Shown here: piece after piece, positions 54,486-63,691 of the stretch
Numbering within the stretch: position 1 is the stretch's first letter
Layout of the letters: each line of letters opens with the position of its first letter
DNA from: Bradymonadia bacterium
GTDB taxonomy: Bacteria > Myxococcota_A > Bradymonadia > UBA7976 > UBA1532
DNA: 64,000 nucleotides
Reading direction: 5' to 3'
NCBI GenBank assembly: GCA_049318805.1
Contig: JBMOFP010000003.1
Coordinates: forward strand, 5,702 to 69,701
Program-made: the position numbers and the translations under genes
The notes under the pieces: generated by a model
What the model saw: the letters and a program-made list of their open reading frames with translations, nothing else
Database searches by the model: none
Told to the model about the DNA's origin: nothing

Positions 54486-56503
54486 GCCGACCCCCCGGCG
54501 TAGCGCTTCAGGTAGGTCGACCAGACCGGACACAGCGGAAGCGCGGAGCCGGCGCCGTCCTGGGCGCAGAGCCCTTCGGCGAAGATCGCCTCCTGCACCG
54601 CGCGCGGACGCAGCTTCGGCTCGAGCTGCGGCAACCCGGCCAAGGACGGGGCCACGTCGCTCCGTGTGACCAGCCGCGTGAACTGTAGGTCGATGAGGCT
54701 TCGCAGGGTCTGGGCGCGCTCCAGCGGTGCATTCAGCCGCGCGTCCAGCTCGGCATCGTCCGGGCCACCGCTGAGGAGCGCGCTCACCAGGTGCGGTCCA
54801 CCCCCGACCGCGGCCCGAATGCGCGCGCAGGCGTCGACGGCGGTGACCGCGGGGGCCCACCGCCGTAGGACCGCGTCGAGCTCGCTCGGGCTCAGGTCCG
54901 CCAGGAAGTGGCGCTGCGCCAGGTCGAAGAAGCTCGACTCCGTGCGTGTGCCCGGTCGGTTCAGGCGCGTCACCCAGGCCGTCGGTGTCGCCGAGGTGGT
55001 CACGACGACCTGGAGGCGTCGCCAGGTCGCGCGACCCTCACGGGCCCAATGGGCCGCCCGACGAAGCAGCCCGAAGAGCTCGAGGTCGAGCGCGGCGTCG
55101 CTCGTCGGTAGGTCGCCGGGGTTCTCCACCACGAGGGTGATCCAAGGCTCGGGTGTGGCGTCGATGAGGGCTTCGAAGGCCACCATCAAGCGTTGCATCG
55201 GGGCGTCCACGTCGAGCAGGGACCAGGCCTCGTGGGCGCTGCGTCCGTCCCGCCCGAGGCCCCGCGCCAGCTCGTTCACGAGGGAGTGCGCGAAGCCCTC
55301 GAGGGTGTCGCAGGCGAGGGCGCCGGGCTCGAGTGTGAGTCGGCGACCGGCGCGGTCGCCCGCGACCTCGAGCAGCCGCTGGGCCCAGGAGGTCTTGCCG
55401 AAGCGACGCGGGGAGAGCACGAGCAGCGGCTGTTCGGGGTCCAGGAGGCGCGCGGCGACCTGCGGGTCGAGGTCCCACGGCACCGGCGCGGGCCTCAGCG
55501 TGGGGGGCGGTGTCGGTGGGCTCGAGAGGCCGGCATCGGCGCTGGCGCGGGGCGCCCGTGGCCCCTGCGCGACCGGGGGCGGGCGAGGCGGGGGCACGGG
55601 CCCGCGTGGACTGCCCGCGGGGGGGACCGCCGCGAGGTGCGCGAGCAGGGGCTCGAGCTGCTCGTGGCGCCCCTGGGCGTACCAGACCGGGAAAATCCGA
55701 TACGTCTGCAGCGCGCGGGAGCGTTCGAGCCACGCGGCGTCCCCAGGGTACTCCAGCAGCGCGTAGTGAAAGCACCCCGCGTCGCCCAGGTCGGCGGCGA
55801 CGCGGCTCAAGAGCAGCAGAGTGCGATCGACCCCGAGGCTGCACCCCACGAAGAGGATCGGCCGGGCGCTGAACAGGCGCCGCAGCACCTGCGGCAGCGG
55901 CTTGTCCAGGTCGACCTGGTCGGCGACCTGACTGCCGTAGCAGGCGTCGTACTCCGAGAGGGTCAGCACCCGGTTCGCCCGGTCCTCGATGTCGCCGTGC
56001 AGCTTGAGCAGCGCGCGGCGGCCACCGTCGAGCGCGGCGCGAAACGGCCACGCCGACCGCCCAGGCACCACGGTCTCGAAGCGTCGGCCGGCCGACTCGA
56101 AGACACTCTCGAGCAAGCGGTCGAAGTTCGTCGTCACCACGGGACCACGGGCGAGCGCGGGCAGGTGTTTCACGGCGCCGTCGAGCGGCCGGTCTTGCAG
56201 GGCGTTCGGCCCGTAGACCTTCTCGAGTCGTTTGTGGAAGCTCGAGGCGCCCGCGGAGCGTTCGACACACTCCGCAGCCTCTTCGTACTCGCCTGCGGTC
56301 AGATGTAACTCGACCTGAGACGCGACGCCGTAGCGCGCCCCCAGCGCCCTCAACAGCGCGCTCCAGCTCGGGAGCCCGAAGGGCACACCGAGACCCGCAC
56401 CCACCCAGGGCACGACACCCTGGCCGCTGCCGACCAGCTCCAGCAGCGCGGGCAGGTGCAGGTCGTTCTCGCCGAGGGCGAGGAAAGCGTCGTCGGGTGC
56501 CAT
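54482..56503 (-). CDS. SIR2_2-like NADase domain fused via a Pro-rich linker to a divergent AAA_35-like P-loop NTPase (system gene 1)
   Basis: ATG at 56503 (MAPDDAFLALGEN...). SIR2_2 motifs VVPWVGAGLGVPFGLPSWSALL, VVTTNFDRLLE, LLKLHGDIED. Linker PPAGSPRGPVPPPRPPPVAQGP... Walker A LVLSPRRFGKTSW. Walker B-like LVVENPGDL, lacking the usual DE. Confidence 0.75.
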   Translation of the reverse strand: MAPDDAFLALGENDLHLPALLELVGSGQGVVPWVGAGLGVPFGLPSWSALLRALGARYGVASQVELHLTAGEYEEAAECVERSAGASSFHKRLEKVYGPNALQDRPLDGAVKHLPALARGPVVTTNFDRLLESVFESAGRRFETVVPGRSAWPFRAALDGGRRALLKLHGDIEDRANRVLTLSEYDACYGSQVADQVDLDKPLPQVLRRLFSARPILFVGCSLGVDRTLLLLSRVAADLGDAGCFHYALLEYPGDAAWLERSRALQTYRIFPVWYAQGRHEQLEPLLAHLAAVPPAGSPRGPVPPPRPPPVAQGPRAPRASADAGLSSPPTPPPTLRPAPVPWDLDPQVAARLLDPEQPLLVLSPRRFGKTSWAQRLLEVAGDRAGRRLTLEPGALACDTLEGFAHSLVNELARGLGRDGRSAHEAWSLLDVDAPMQRLMVAFEALIDATPEPWITLVVENPGDLPTSDAALDLELFGLLRRAAHWAREGRATWRRLQVVVTTSATPTAWVTRLNRPGTRTESSFFDLAQRHFLADLSPSELDAVLRRWAPAVTAVDACARIRAAVGGGPHLVSALLSGGPDDAELDARLNAPLERAQTLRSLIDLQFTRLVTRSDVAPSLAGLPQLEPKLRPRAVQEAIFAEGLCAQDGAGSALPLCPVWSTYLKRYAGGSA

Positions 56504-56654
56504 CGCAGTCACGAATCTCCGCACAGGAGATCGCCGAGGTCCAATTTGGTCTGATGCCCGCGCCCTCGGGCCTGAAGTTCGTTGCGGAACGACCGTCCAG
56601 AGAAGATTCTCCGCGCACTCAGAGCAACCCACCCTGCCCTCAAGGAGCTTCCCC

Positions 56655-57875
56655 GTGCGCACAGTGAATCTGGTCTCGCGTTCCCTCCTCGTTCTCGCCG
56701 TGGGCGCGACCTGCGTCGTCGGTCTCTGCCCGGCCGCCGAAGCGGCGCGGCGCACCAGCCTCGCCGGCAATCTTTTGCTCGAGGACGCGGACGACGTCTT
56801 CCCGTTCCCGCAGCTCTCGACGAAGTACGCGCGGTCCGTGAGCTTCGACTACGGCGAGGCCAAGGGCAGCGGCAACGGCCTGCTGTTGATGGGCGACACG
56901 TACCAGGCGTGGGGCATCGCGCTGCATCGCGGCGATACGACGGACCCGCAGGGGCTGTCCATCGACCACGACCTCGTGCGCCTCGGGGACCCGTCGGGCA
57001 ACGTGAACGACGGGACGTTTCCGACCCCGCTGACGATCGTGGACTTTCTCTATGCCTCGGCCAACCCGGGGGACGGCTCCGGCTGGGGGCTCCGCATCTC
57101 GCTCGGCAATGGCAGCCAGTCCCAAGACCCGAACGGTGACCCCAAGGAGTCCGGCGCCGACCAGACCTACCTGGCCCTGACTGCGGGCTACAGCGCCGCG
57201 GGCAGCGACCTCGCCTATGACCTGGCCGGTTCGCTCGTCTACTCGACCGGCACGCAGCTCGCGAACGGCAAGGAGGTCAAGAGCGGCACCGCCATCGACC
57301 TCACTGTGACCGGTCGCGGCAGCATGTCCCTGGCCGGCGAGAAGGACACACGCCTGGGGCTCCTGGGTCAGCTCGGCGTGAAGGACGACACCAGCTCTCA
57401 GACGGTCGACCCCAAGTTCGACGACGTGGCCCGCTCCATCTTTCTGCTCGCGGGCGCCGGTCCCGTCGTGAAGGTCGCGCAGCGCATCCAGCTCGCGGCC
57501 TACGGCTTCATCGGCGCGACCCTGAACAGCGCGGACCCGAACAGTGAAGGCGACGACGACCAGACCGACATCGCGTCCTACGTGCTCCCGGGCGTGAACC
57601 TCGCCACCGAGGTCCAGCTCCGGGACTGGCTGTTCTTCCGTACGGGCGGCGAGTACACCTTCGCCATCCGCACCGAGGACTCGGGCGACAACGCGAATGC
57701 GCGGAAGGCCTCGGATCGGCAGGGCACCTTCGGGTGGAACGCGGGCATCGGCCTCGTCTTCGAGAACATCACCTTCGACGGCGCCCTCGCCCACGGCTTC
57801 CTGACCCAGGGGCCGGACTTCATCGGCGGCGACTCGGCGCTCTTCGGCATGTTCTCGGCGCGCGCCAAGTTCTGA
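56655..57875 (+). CDS. outer-membrane beta-barrel (porin-like) protein
   Basis: Signal peptide LLVLAVGATCVVGLCPAAEA. Alternating beta-strand pattern. C-terminal ...FSARAKF (terminal Phe). Confidence 0.65.
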   Translation: MRTVNLVSRSLLVLAVGATCVVGLCPAAEAARRTSLAGNLLLEDADDVFPFPQLSTKYARSVSFDYGEAKGSGNGLLLMGDTYQAWGIALHRGDTTDPQGLSIDHDLVRLGDPSGNVNDGTFPTPLTIVDFLYASANPGDGSGWGLRISLGNGSQSQDPNGDPKESGADQTYLALTAGYSAAGSDLAYDLAGSLVYSTGTQLANGKEVKSGTAIDLTVTGRGSMSLAGEKDTRLGLLGQLGVKDDTSSQTVDPKFDDVARSIFLLAGAGPVVKVAQRIQLAAYGFIGATLNSADPNSEGDDDQTDIASYVLPGVNLATEVQLRDWLFFRTGGEYTFAIRTEDSGDNANARKASDRQGTFGWNAGIGLVFENITFDGALAHGFLTQGPDFIGGDSALFGMFSARAKF

Positions 57876-57934
57876 CCCTCCGCGCGGTCCCTCGGACTCG
57901 CGCCGAACGCCGCAGGTTGTGCTAGACATTGGGC

Positions 57935-60900
57935 ATGACGAAGCGGGGTCAACGGAAAACACTCTCGATCCCGGGGGGCGGCCGCGCCGTGCTCCGGGAC
58001 CTCGGCCTCTGGACTGCGCTGCTCCTGGCCGCCTGTGGCAGCGACACGACCACGGGAGGCGCGCCACCGGGCGGGGACGACCCGGACGCGGACCTGGCGG
58101 ACCTCGACCAGGGCGGCTTGCCGGACGCGTACGTCGCACCCGGGCAGGACGCCGGCGGGGACGGCGGGCGGCCGGGTGTCTTCGGCGATCCTTGTCGCAA
58201 CGCACGCGAGTGTGAGTCCGGCTTCTGCATCGAGAACCCCGGGGGGGGCAACATCTGCAGCAGTCGGTGCGCGGGGGACTGCCCCACGGGCTTCGAATGC
58301 CTGCCCATCGGCAACGATGGCCCCGACCGCACCTTCGTGTGCATTGCCGACCGGGGGGAGCTGTGCAAGCCGTGTCAGACGAACCAGGAGTGCGACGACA
58401 ACGAGGACCTGTGTATCCCGATCGGCAACGGCTCCTACTGCGGTGAGGACTGCAGCACGGGGCGCGCGTGCCCGGACGGGTACAGTTGTGAGGATGTGCA
58501 GGTCGCGGGCGCCGGCGGGGAGCCGATCACTGGCCGGCAGTGTATCCCCGCGAACGGCGGCGGGTGTTTGCCCTGTAGGGACGCCGACGGCGACAAGTTC
58601 GGCGACGGCGGTGACTGCCGAGGCTTCGATTGCGACGACGGGGACCCGACGGTCTACGAAGGGGCGCCGGAACTGTGTGACGGCATCGACAACAACTGCA
58701 ACTCCATGGCCGACGAGCCCCAGCTCCTCGAGGCGGCCCCCGTCGGCATGAGCTGCTTCGACCAGGGGGTGTGCCGCGGCGCGTTCGTGCAGTGTTCGGG
58801 CGGCGAGTGGCGGTGCGGTTACCCGGACACCTACGAGGACGCGGTCGAGCGCTCTTGCGATGGCCTCGACAACGACTGCGACGGACAGGTCGACGACGAC
58901 TTCGACTTCCAGAACGACGCGAACAACTGCGCGCGCTGCGGACAGCGCTGCGAGTTCCAGAACGCCGCGGGCGAGTGCCTCGACGGGCAGTGCGAGCTCG
59001 GGGCGTGCGTCGCCGGCTTTCACGACGCCGACCGCAACGCGGGCAACGGGTGTGAGTACGGTCCCTGTCAGCTCACGGCCGCGGGCGTCGAGCAGTGCGA
59101 TGGGATCGACAATGACTGCGACGGCGGCATCGACGAGGACGTGCGGCGGAGCTGCGGCATCGCCGGGGGCCTCTGCCAGATGGGTGTGCAGACCTGCGTC
59201 GATGCGCAGTTCGGGCCGTGCGAAGGGGTCCGCGAACCCTCCGAGGAGCAGTGCGACACGCTCGACAATGACTGCGACGGCAGCATCGACGAGGCCTACA
59301 ACCTGCTCGAGGATGCGCTCAACTGCGGGCGTTGCGGGAACCCCTGCGACATTCGCAACGCGCTGCCCCGGTGCGCGGGCGGCGCGTGCGTCGTCGCGCA
59401 GTGCTTGCCCGGCTGGAACGACGCGAACGGCGACCAGAACGACGGGTGCGAGTACGCGTGCGACCTGACGGAGGATGGCTTCGAGGTCTGCGACGGCGTC
59501 GACAACGACTGCGACGTGAGCGTGGACGAGGGCATCGACCCCGCCGTCGACATCGACAACTGCGGCGGCTGCGGGCGTATCTGCGAGTTCGCGAACGCGG
59601 CACCCGTCTGCATCGACGGCGATTGTCGCCTCCGGGAGTGCGCGCCGGGCTTCTACGACATCAACGGCAATCCGGCCGACGGCTGCGAGTACGCCTGTGT
59701 CTTCCAGTCCCCGGCCGACGATCCGGACCCCGCCTTCGTGGACGCGAACTGCGACGGCATCGACGGTGAGATCGGCCGCGCGATCTTCGCCTCGCCGCGC
59801 GGGAACGACCTCAACCCCGGCACCAAGGAAGCCCCCGTCGGCACGTTGGCGCGGGCCATGGACCTGGCCCTCGATCCGGGTCTGGCCGAGCCCAAGTACG
59901 TGCTCGCCGGTGAAGGGGTCTTCGAAGCGACGCTCCGTTTGCGCTCGGGGGCGCATCTGCACGGCGGTTATCGCCCCGAGAGCGGGTGGGCGCGTTCGGT
60001 GAACTACGAGACCGTGGCCCGTGGTCGCGGTGTCGGGGCCGTGGCGGACGGCCTCGACCGGCCCACCTCCGTGAACTTCATCACGCTCGAGGGCACCTCG
60101 GCCGCCGCCGCCGGGGCCAGCAGCTACGGCCTCTGGGTGCGCGGCGGCGCCGACCTGCTCACGGTCGTCGGCGGTCGGATCATCGCCGGAGACGGCGGCC
60201 CCGGGCTCGCGGGCAACGGGGGCCTCCCGGGTGCGGGGGGCAACTCCGGCGCGCGCGGCAGCGACGGCTGTGACCAGGGCTTCCTGGGCACGGGCGGATG
60301 CACGGCCCAGGGCGGCTTCGGCGGTCCGGCGGTCGCGTGCGCGGCCGGTGACACCGGCGGGGCCGGACGCGGCGGCAACGCGGGCTCCGGGGGCGACCGC
60401 GGCGGGGACGGCGGCGCGGGCAACGCTTCAGCGAACGGCGTGGGCGGTGGCGCCGGCGGACCGGGCGCGAACGCGGGTCGGCACAGCATCGGGTGCGGCT
60501 TCCTCGGTCTGGGCTGCTGCGGCGAGCAGAAGGGGGCGAACGCGGGCATCGGGGGCAACGGCCTCGGCGGCCCCGACGGAGACGCGGGTCCCGGAGGCCC
60601 GGCCTTCGGCGGCATTGGCGGCGACGGGCTCTACGCCCCCGCCCCGGGCGGCGGTGGCGGCTTCGGGCGCGCCGGCGGTGGCGCGGGCGGCGGCGGCGGT
60701 GGCGGCGGCGGGAACTGCGACATCGTGTGCTGCAACAGTGACGTGGGCGGCGCAGGCGGCGGCGGCGGCTCCGGCGGCTGCGGGGGCACGGGCGCAAACG
60801 GTGGCGGCGGCGCGGGTGGCTCCTTTGCGGTCTTCCTCATCGACGCGTGGCCTCGCCTGGCGCCGTTCGAGGTCCGCACGGGCGCCGGCGGTCGCGGCGG

Positions 60901-61192
60901 CGACGGCGGACCGGGCGGTCAGGGCGGACCCGGCGGCGCGCCGGGCGGCGGCGGCAACGGCAACCAGGCGGGCGGCAACGGCGGCAACGGCGGCAGCGGC
61001 GGTCCTGGTGGGCGCGGCGGCGCCGGCGGCGGCGGCGGCGGTGGCCCGTCCGTGGGCATCGTGCGGCTGGGCAACCTCGGCCCCGGCCCGGCGATCGAGG
61101 TCGTCTCGTTTGTGATCGGCGCGCCCGGTCAGGGCGGCGCCAGCCAGGGGATCCCGGGCACGCCGGGTGTCACCGCCAACGTCTGGCCCTGA
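57935..61192 (+). CDS. MopE-like putative metal-binding Cys-repeat lipoprotein with a long Gly-rich C-terminal region
   Basis: Lipobox LLLAACGSD. At least six tandem CDG(I/L/V)DNDCDGxxDE motifs (Myxococcus cysteine-rich repeat). A beta-helix-like region follows. About 300 aa of GGxGG repeats, two CC dyads, then an Ig-like end. Confidence 0.75.
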   Translation: MTKRGQRKTLSIPGGGRAVLRDLGLWTALLLAACGSDTTTGGAPPGGDDPDADLADLDQGGLPDAYVAPGQDAGGDGGRPGVFGDPCRNARECESGFCIENPGGGNICSSRCAGDCPTGFECLPIGNDGPDRTFVCIADRGELCKPCQTNQECDDNEDLCIPIGNGSYCGEDCSTGRACPDGYSCEDVQVAGAGGEPITGRQCIPANGGGCLPCRDADGDKFGDGGDCRGFDCDDGDPTVYEGAPELCDGIDNNCNSMADEPQLLEAAPVGMSCFDQGVCRGAFVQCSGGEWRCGYPDTYEDAVERSCDGLDNDCDGQVDDDFDFQNDANNCARCGQRCEFQNAAGECLDGQCELGACVAGFHDADRNAGNGCEYGPCQLTAAGVEQCDGIDNDCDGGIDEDVRRSCGIAGGLCQMGVQTCVDAQFGPCEGVREPSEEQCDTLDNDCDGSIDEAYNLLEDALNCGRCGNPCDIRNALPRCAGGACVVAQCLPGWNDANGDQNDGCEYACDLTEDGFEVCDGVDNDCDVSVDEGIDPAVDIDNCGGCGRICEFANAAPVCIDGDCRLRECAPGFYDINGNPADGCEYACVFQSPADDPDPAFVDANCDGIDGEIGRAIFASPRGNDLNPGTKEAPVGTLARAMDLALDPGLAEPKYVLAGEGVFEATLRLRSGAHLHGGYRPESGWARSVNYETVARGRGVGAVADGLDRPTSVNFITLEGTSAAAAGASSYGLWVRGGADLLTVVGGRIIAGDGGPGLAGNGGLPGAGGNSGARGSDGCDQGFLGTGGCTAQGGFGGPAVACAAGDTGGAGRGGNAGSGGDRGGDGGAGNASANGVGGGAGGPGANAGRHSIGCGFLGLGCCGEQKGANAGIGGNGLGGPDGDAGPGGPAFGGIGGDGLYAPAPGGGGGFGRAGGGAGGGGGGGGGNCDIVCCNSDVGGAGGGGGSGGCGGTGANGGGGAGGSFAVFLIDAWPRLAPFEVRTGAGGRGGDGGPGGQGGPGGAPGGGGNGNQAGGNGGNGGSGGPGGRGGAGGGGGGGPSVGIVRLGNLGPGPAIEVVSFVIGAPGQGGASQGIPGTPGVTANVWP
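60160..61065 (+). repeat. GGN-codon low-complexity region (Gly-rich, PGRS-like) within the 57935-61192 CDS
   Basis: Long runs of ggcggcggc / ggcggtggc codons. The overlapping antisense and frame-shifted ORFs in the track (60124-60615, 60180-60797, 60231-61115, 60428-61249) are artefacts of this repeat. Confidence 0.6.
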
Positions 61193-61254
61193 ACGGTCGC
61201 CTTCACGACGCGAAGTCGGGGCGCCCCGGCAACGCTTCGTGATATGCACGCCGC

Positions 61255-63669
61255 GTGCAGAAAGTCGACGCCTATCTCCTCCATCGCCCGCGCCGTCTCG
61301 CCGAAGATTGGCGAACGGTCGTCGGGCTCACGCTCCTGTTGTGTGCGCTCTACCTGCCCGGGCTCGGCAGCTACGGCCTCTACGACCCGTGGGAGACCCA
61401 CTACGGTGAGGTCGGCCGCAACATGGTCGAGACCGGGAACTACATCGACCCGTGGTGGGGCTCGCCCTGGGACACGGCCGACGTCAAGCGCGAGAAGGAA
61501 GGCTTCTACAGCAAGCCGCTCCTGATCATGTGGATGATGGCCGCCGGTATCGAGCTCGTAGGCTACGGCGAGCTGGGCGTGCGGATGTTCTTCCCGCCGC
61601 TCGCGCTGCTCGCGCTGTTGAGCATCTACCTCTCGGTCTCCAGGTTCTTCAACCGACGCGCGGCGCTTCTGGCGACCGTGGTCACCGCCACGGCGCCTTT
61701 CTTCGCTTTCCTCAGTCGGCAAGCCGTCACGGACGGTCCCATGGTCAGCATCATGACCGTGGGGGTCATGTTCCTCGTGCAGGGCCTCTTCCTCCCCTGG
61801 GGCGAGTCCGCGGACGACGAGGAGCGGCAGGTGAGCCCTTTCTCGCGAGCTCTGGTCGCCACGCTCGTGGCGTTCGCCATCGGCTGGCAGCTCTGGGCCA
61901 TGTGGCCCATGGACCGGAGCCCGGACATCGTTCGGGCCTACACCGGCGAGAACCCGCTGCTCGCCCTCGGACACTTCTTCACGGACGCCTTCGCCGTCGG
62001 GCGCGGCAAGGGCTGGGCCGTCGCGTTGCTGCTTCTGCCGTTGGGGGCGCTCGCGGTGTGGCGCGTGTGGAAGGAGAAGGATCGTCGCCTTCTCTACGTC
62101 TACGTCTTCTACCTCTGCTGCGGGCTCGTGGTGCCGGCAAAGGGGTGGGTCGAGTGGGCGCCGGTGGGCATCGCGATCCTGCTCTACTGCGCCGTCACGG
62201 GGGCGTGGGGCATCTGGACCCGTGTCCGCGTCGGCACCGGCATCTTGATCGTGCTCATGACCGGCCACCCCTGGATCGTCGCGATGCTCGGAGGCCACCA
62301 CCCCGGCTGGTACGACCGCTTCATCATCCACGACCACGTGAACCGCATCTTCGCCGGGGTGCACAGCACGGACGACGGCGGGTTCGAGTACTTCTTCCGC
62401 TGGATCGGCTTCGGGCTCTTCCCGTGGATCGGGCTCCTACCGGCCGCCGTGGCGCGGTGCGCGGGCGGCCTGCGGGGCGCGTTGAACGACCTGAGCCCGC
62501 AGCGCCGATTCGAGCTCTTCGTCTTCCTCTGGGGGCTCGTCGCGTTCTTCCTCTTCTCGCTGTCGAAGACGAAGTTCCACCACTACATTTTCCCTGCGAT
62601 TCCGCCGTTCTGCATCCTGGTGGCGCTGGTCCTCGAGGACGCGCTGTCGTCGGAGCGGCGTACGCTCCCGATCCTGGCGTTCGGCGGGCTGGGCGTGACG
62701 TTGTGGGTCGGTCAGGACCTGTACCTGATGCCGAAGAACTACGGGGACTCGGCCCAGAACCTCGTCAACCTGTTCACCTACAAGTACGACCGGGAGTGGG
62801 CGCGATTCACCTCACCCGATGGCCTCACCAAGCTCACCGGCGACGCGCTGGAGAAAGCGACGACCGACAACGCCTTCCTCGCGTCCTTGTCGGGGCCCCT
62901 GAGCTGGGTGGCGGTGCTCGCGTGCCTGGGGCTGGCGTGCCTCGCGTTCCGTCGGCTGTGGCTGCGGGAGTACGGCACGATGGTGCTCGGCGTCTCGGGG
63001 CTCTGGATGGCGTGGTTCTGCCTGCACGACTACCTGCCCGCGGTGGCGGTCTCCTGGAGCCAGAAAGGCATGTGGGATACCTACTATGCGGAGTGCCAGA
63101 AGTTCGCACCGGAGGAAGAGGAAGACTTCAAGCGCCACATGCTCCTGACCGCGAGCCGTGTCCCCGAGCGTCGGGCCGAGTTCCCGCGGGCCTGGTGCAA
63201 GGAGCCCATCGTCGCGTTCCGCACCAACTGGCGCGGTGAGTGCTACTACAGCGCGAACACGGTGGTGCCCGTACCGGAGGTCAAGAACCTCAAGCCCTTC
63301 CTGGAGGAGTACAAGGTCGCCGAGGGGCGCCCGTTCTACCTCTTCACGGAGAAGGGGCGCGTGAAGTCCGAGCTCGAGCCCAACCTGCCCGCGTGGCTGA
63401 AGGGCAAGGGCGTCGAGGTCTACGCGGACGGTCGCAAGTTCACGATGCTGCGCTTCGAGCAGAAGAAGCCGCCCGATCCCCCCCCGCCGCCGCCGAGCGC
63501 GGCTGCGAGCGCCGGGGGGTCGGTCCCGGGCTCCGGCGCGCCCGTGCCACCGTCCGGTGCCGTTCGCACGCCCGCGTCCGTGCCGCTGGGTGCGCCGCTC
63601 GCGCCCGCAGAGGCCGAGCAGGGCGGCGGTCGCCCCGAGAATGAAGGGCCGCTCGGCTCTCCGGAGTGA
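61255..63669 (+). CDS. glycosyltransferase family 39 (PMT/ArnT-like dolichyl-phosphate-mannose-protein mannosyltransferase) membrane protein
   Basis: At least 10 TM helices. N-terminal loop YDPWETHYGEVGRNMVETGNY, typical of the PMT_2/ArnT family. A Pro-rich C-terminal tail. Confidence 0.8.
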   Translation: MQKVDAYLLHRPRRLAEDWRTVVGLTLLLCALYLPGLGSYGLYDPWETHYGEVGRNMVETGNYIDPWWGSPWDTADVKREKEGFYSKPLLIMWMMAAGIELVGYGELGVRMFFPPLALLALLSIYLSVSRFFNRRAALLATVVTATAPFFAFLSRQAVTDGPMVSIMTVGVMFLVQGLFLPWGESADDEERQVSPFSRALVATLVAFAIGWQLWAMWPMDRSPDIVRAYTGENPLLALGHFFTDAFAVGRGKGWAVALLLLPLGALAVWRVWKEKDRRLLYVYVFYLCCGLVVPAKGWVEWAPVGIAILLYCAVTGAWGIWTRVRVGTGILIVLMTGHPWIVAMLGGHHPGWYDRFIIHDHVNRIFAGVHSTDDGGFEYFFRWIGFGLFPWIGLLPAAVARCAGGLRGALNDLSPQRRFELFVFLWGLVAFFLFSLSKTKFHHYIFPAIPPFCILVALVLEDALSSERRTLPILAFGGLGVTLWVGQDLYLMPKNYGDSAQNLVNLFTYKYDREWARFTSPDGLTKLTGDALEKATTDNAFLASLSGPLSWVAVLACLGLACLAFRRLWLREYGTMVLGVSGLWMAWFCLHDYLPAVAVSWSQKGMWDTYYAECQKFAPEEEEDFKRHMLLTASRVPERRAEFPRAWCKEPIVAFRTNWRGECYYSANTVVPVPEVKNLKPFLEEYKVAEGRPFYLFTEKGRVKSELEPNLPAWLKGKGVEVYADGRKFTMLRFEQKKPPDPPPPPPSAAASAGGSVPGSGAPVPPSGAVRTPASVPLGAPLAPAEAEQGGGRPENEGPLGSPE

Positions 63670-63691
63670 GCGCCCGCGCGACCGTTCGCGC

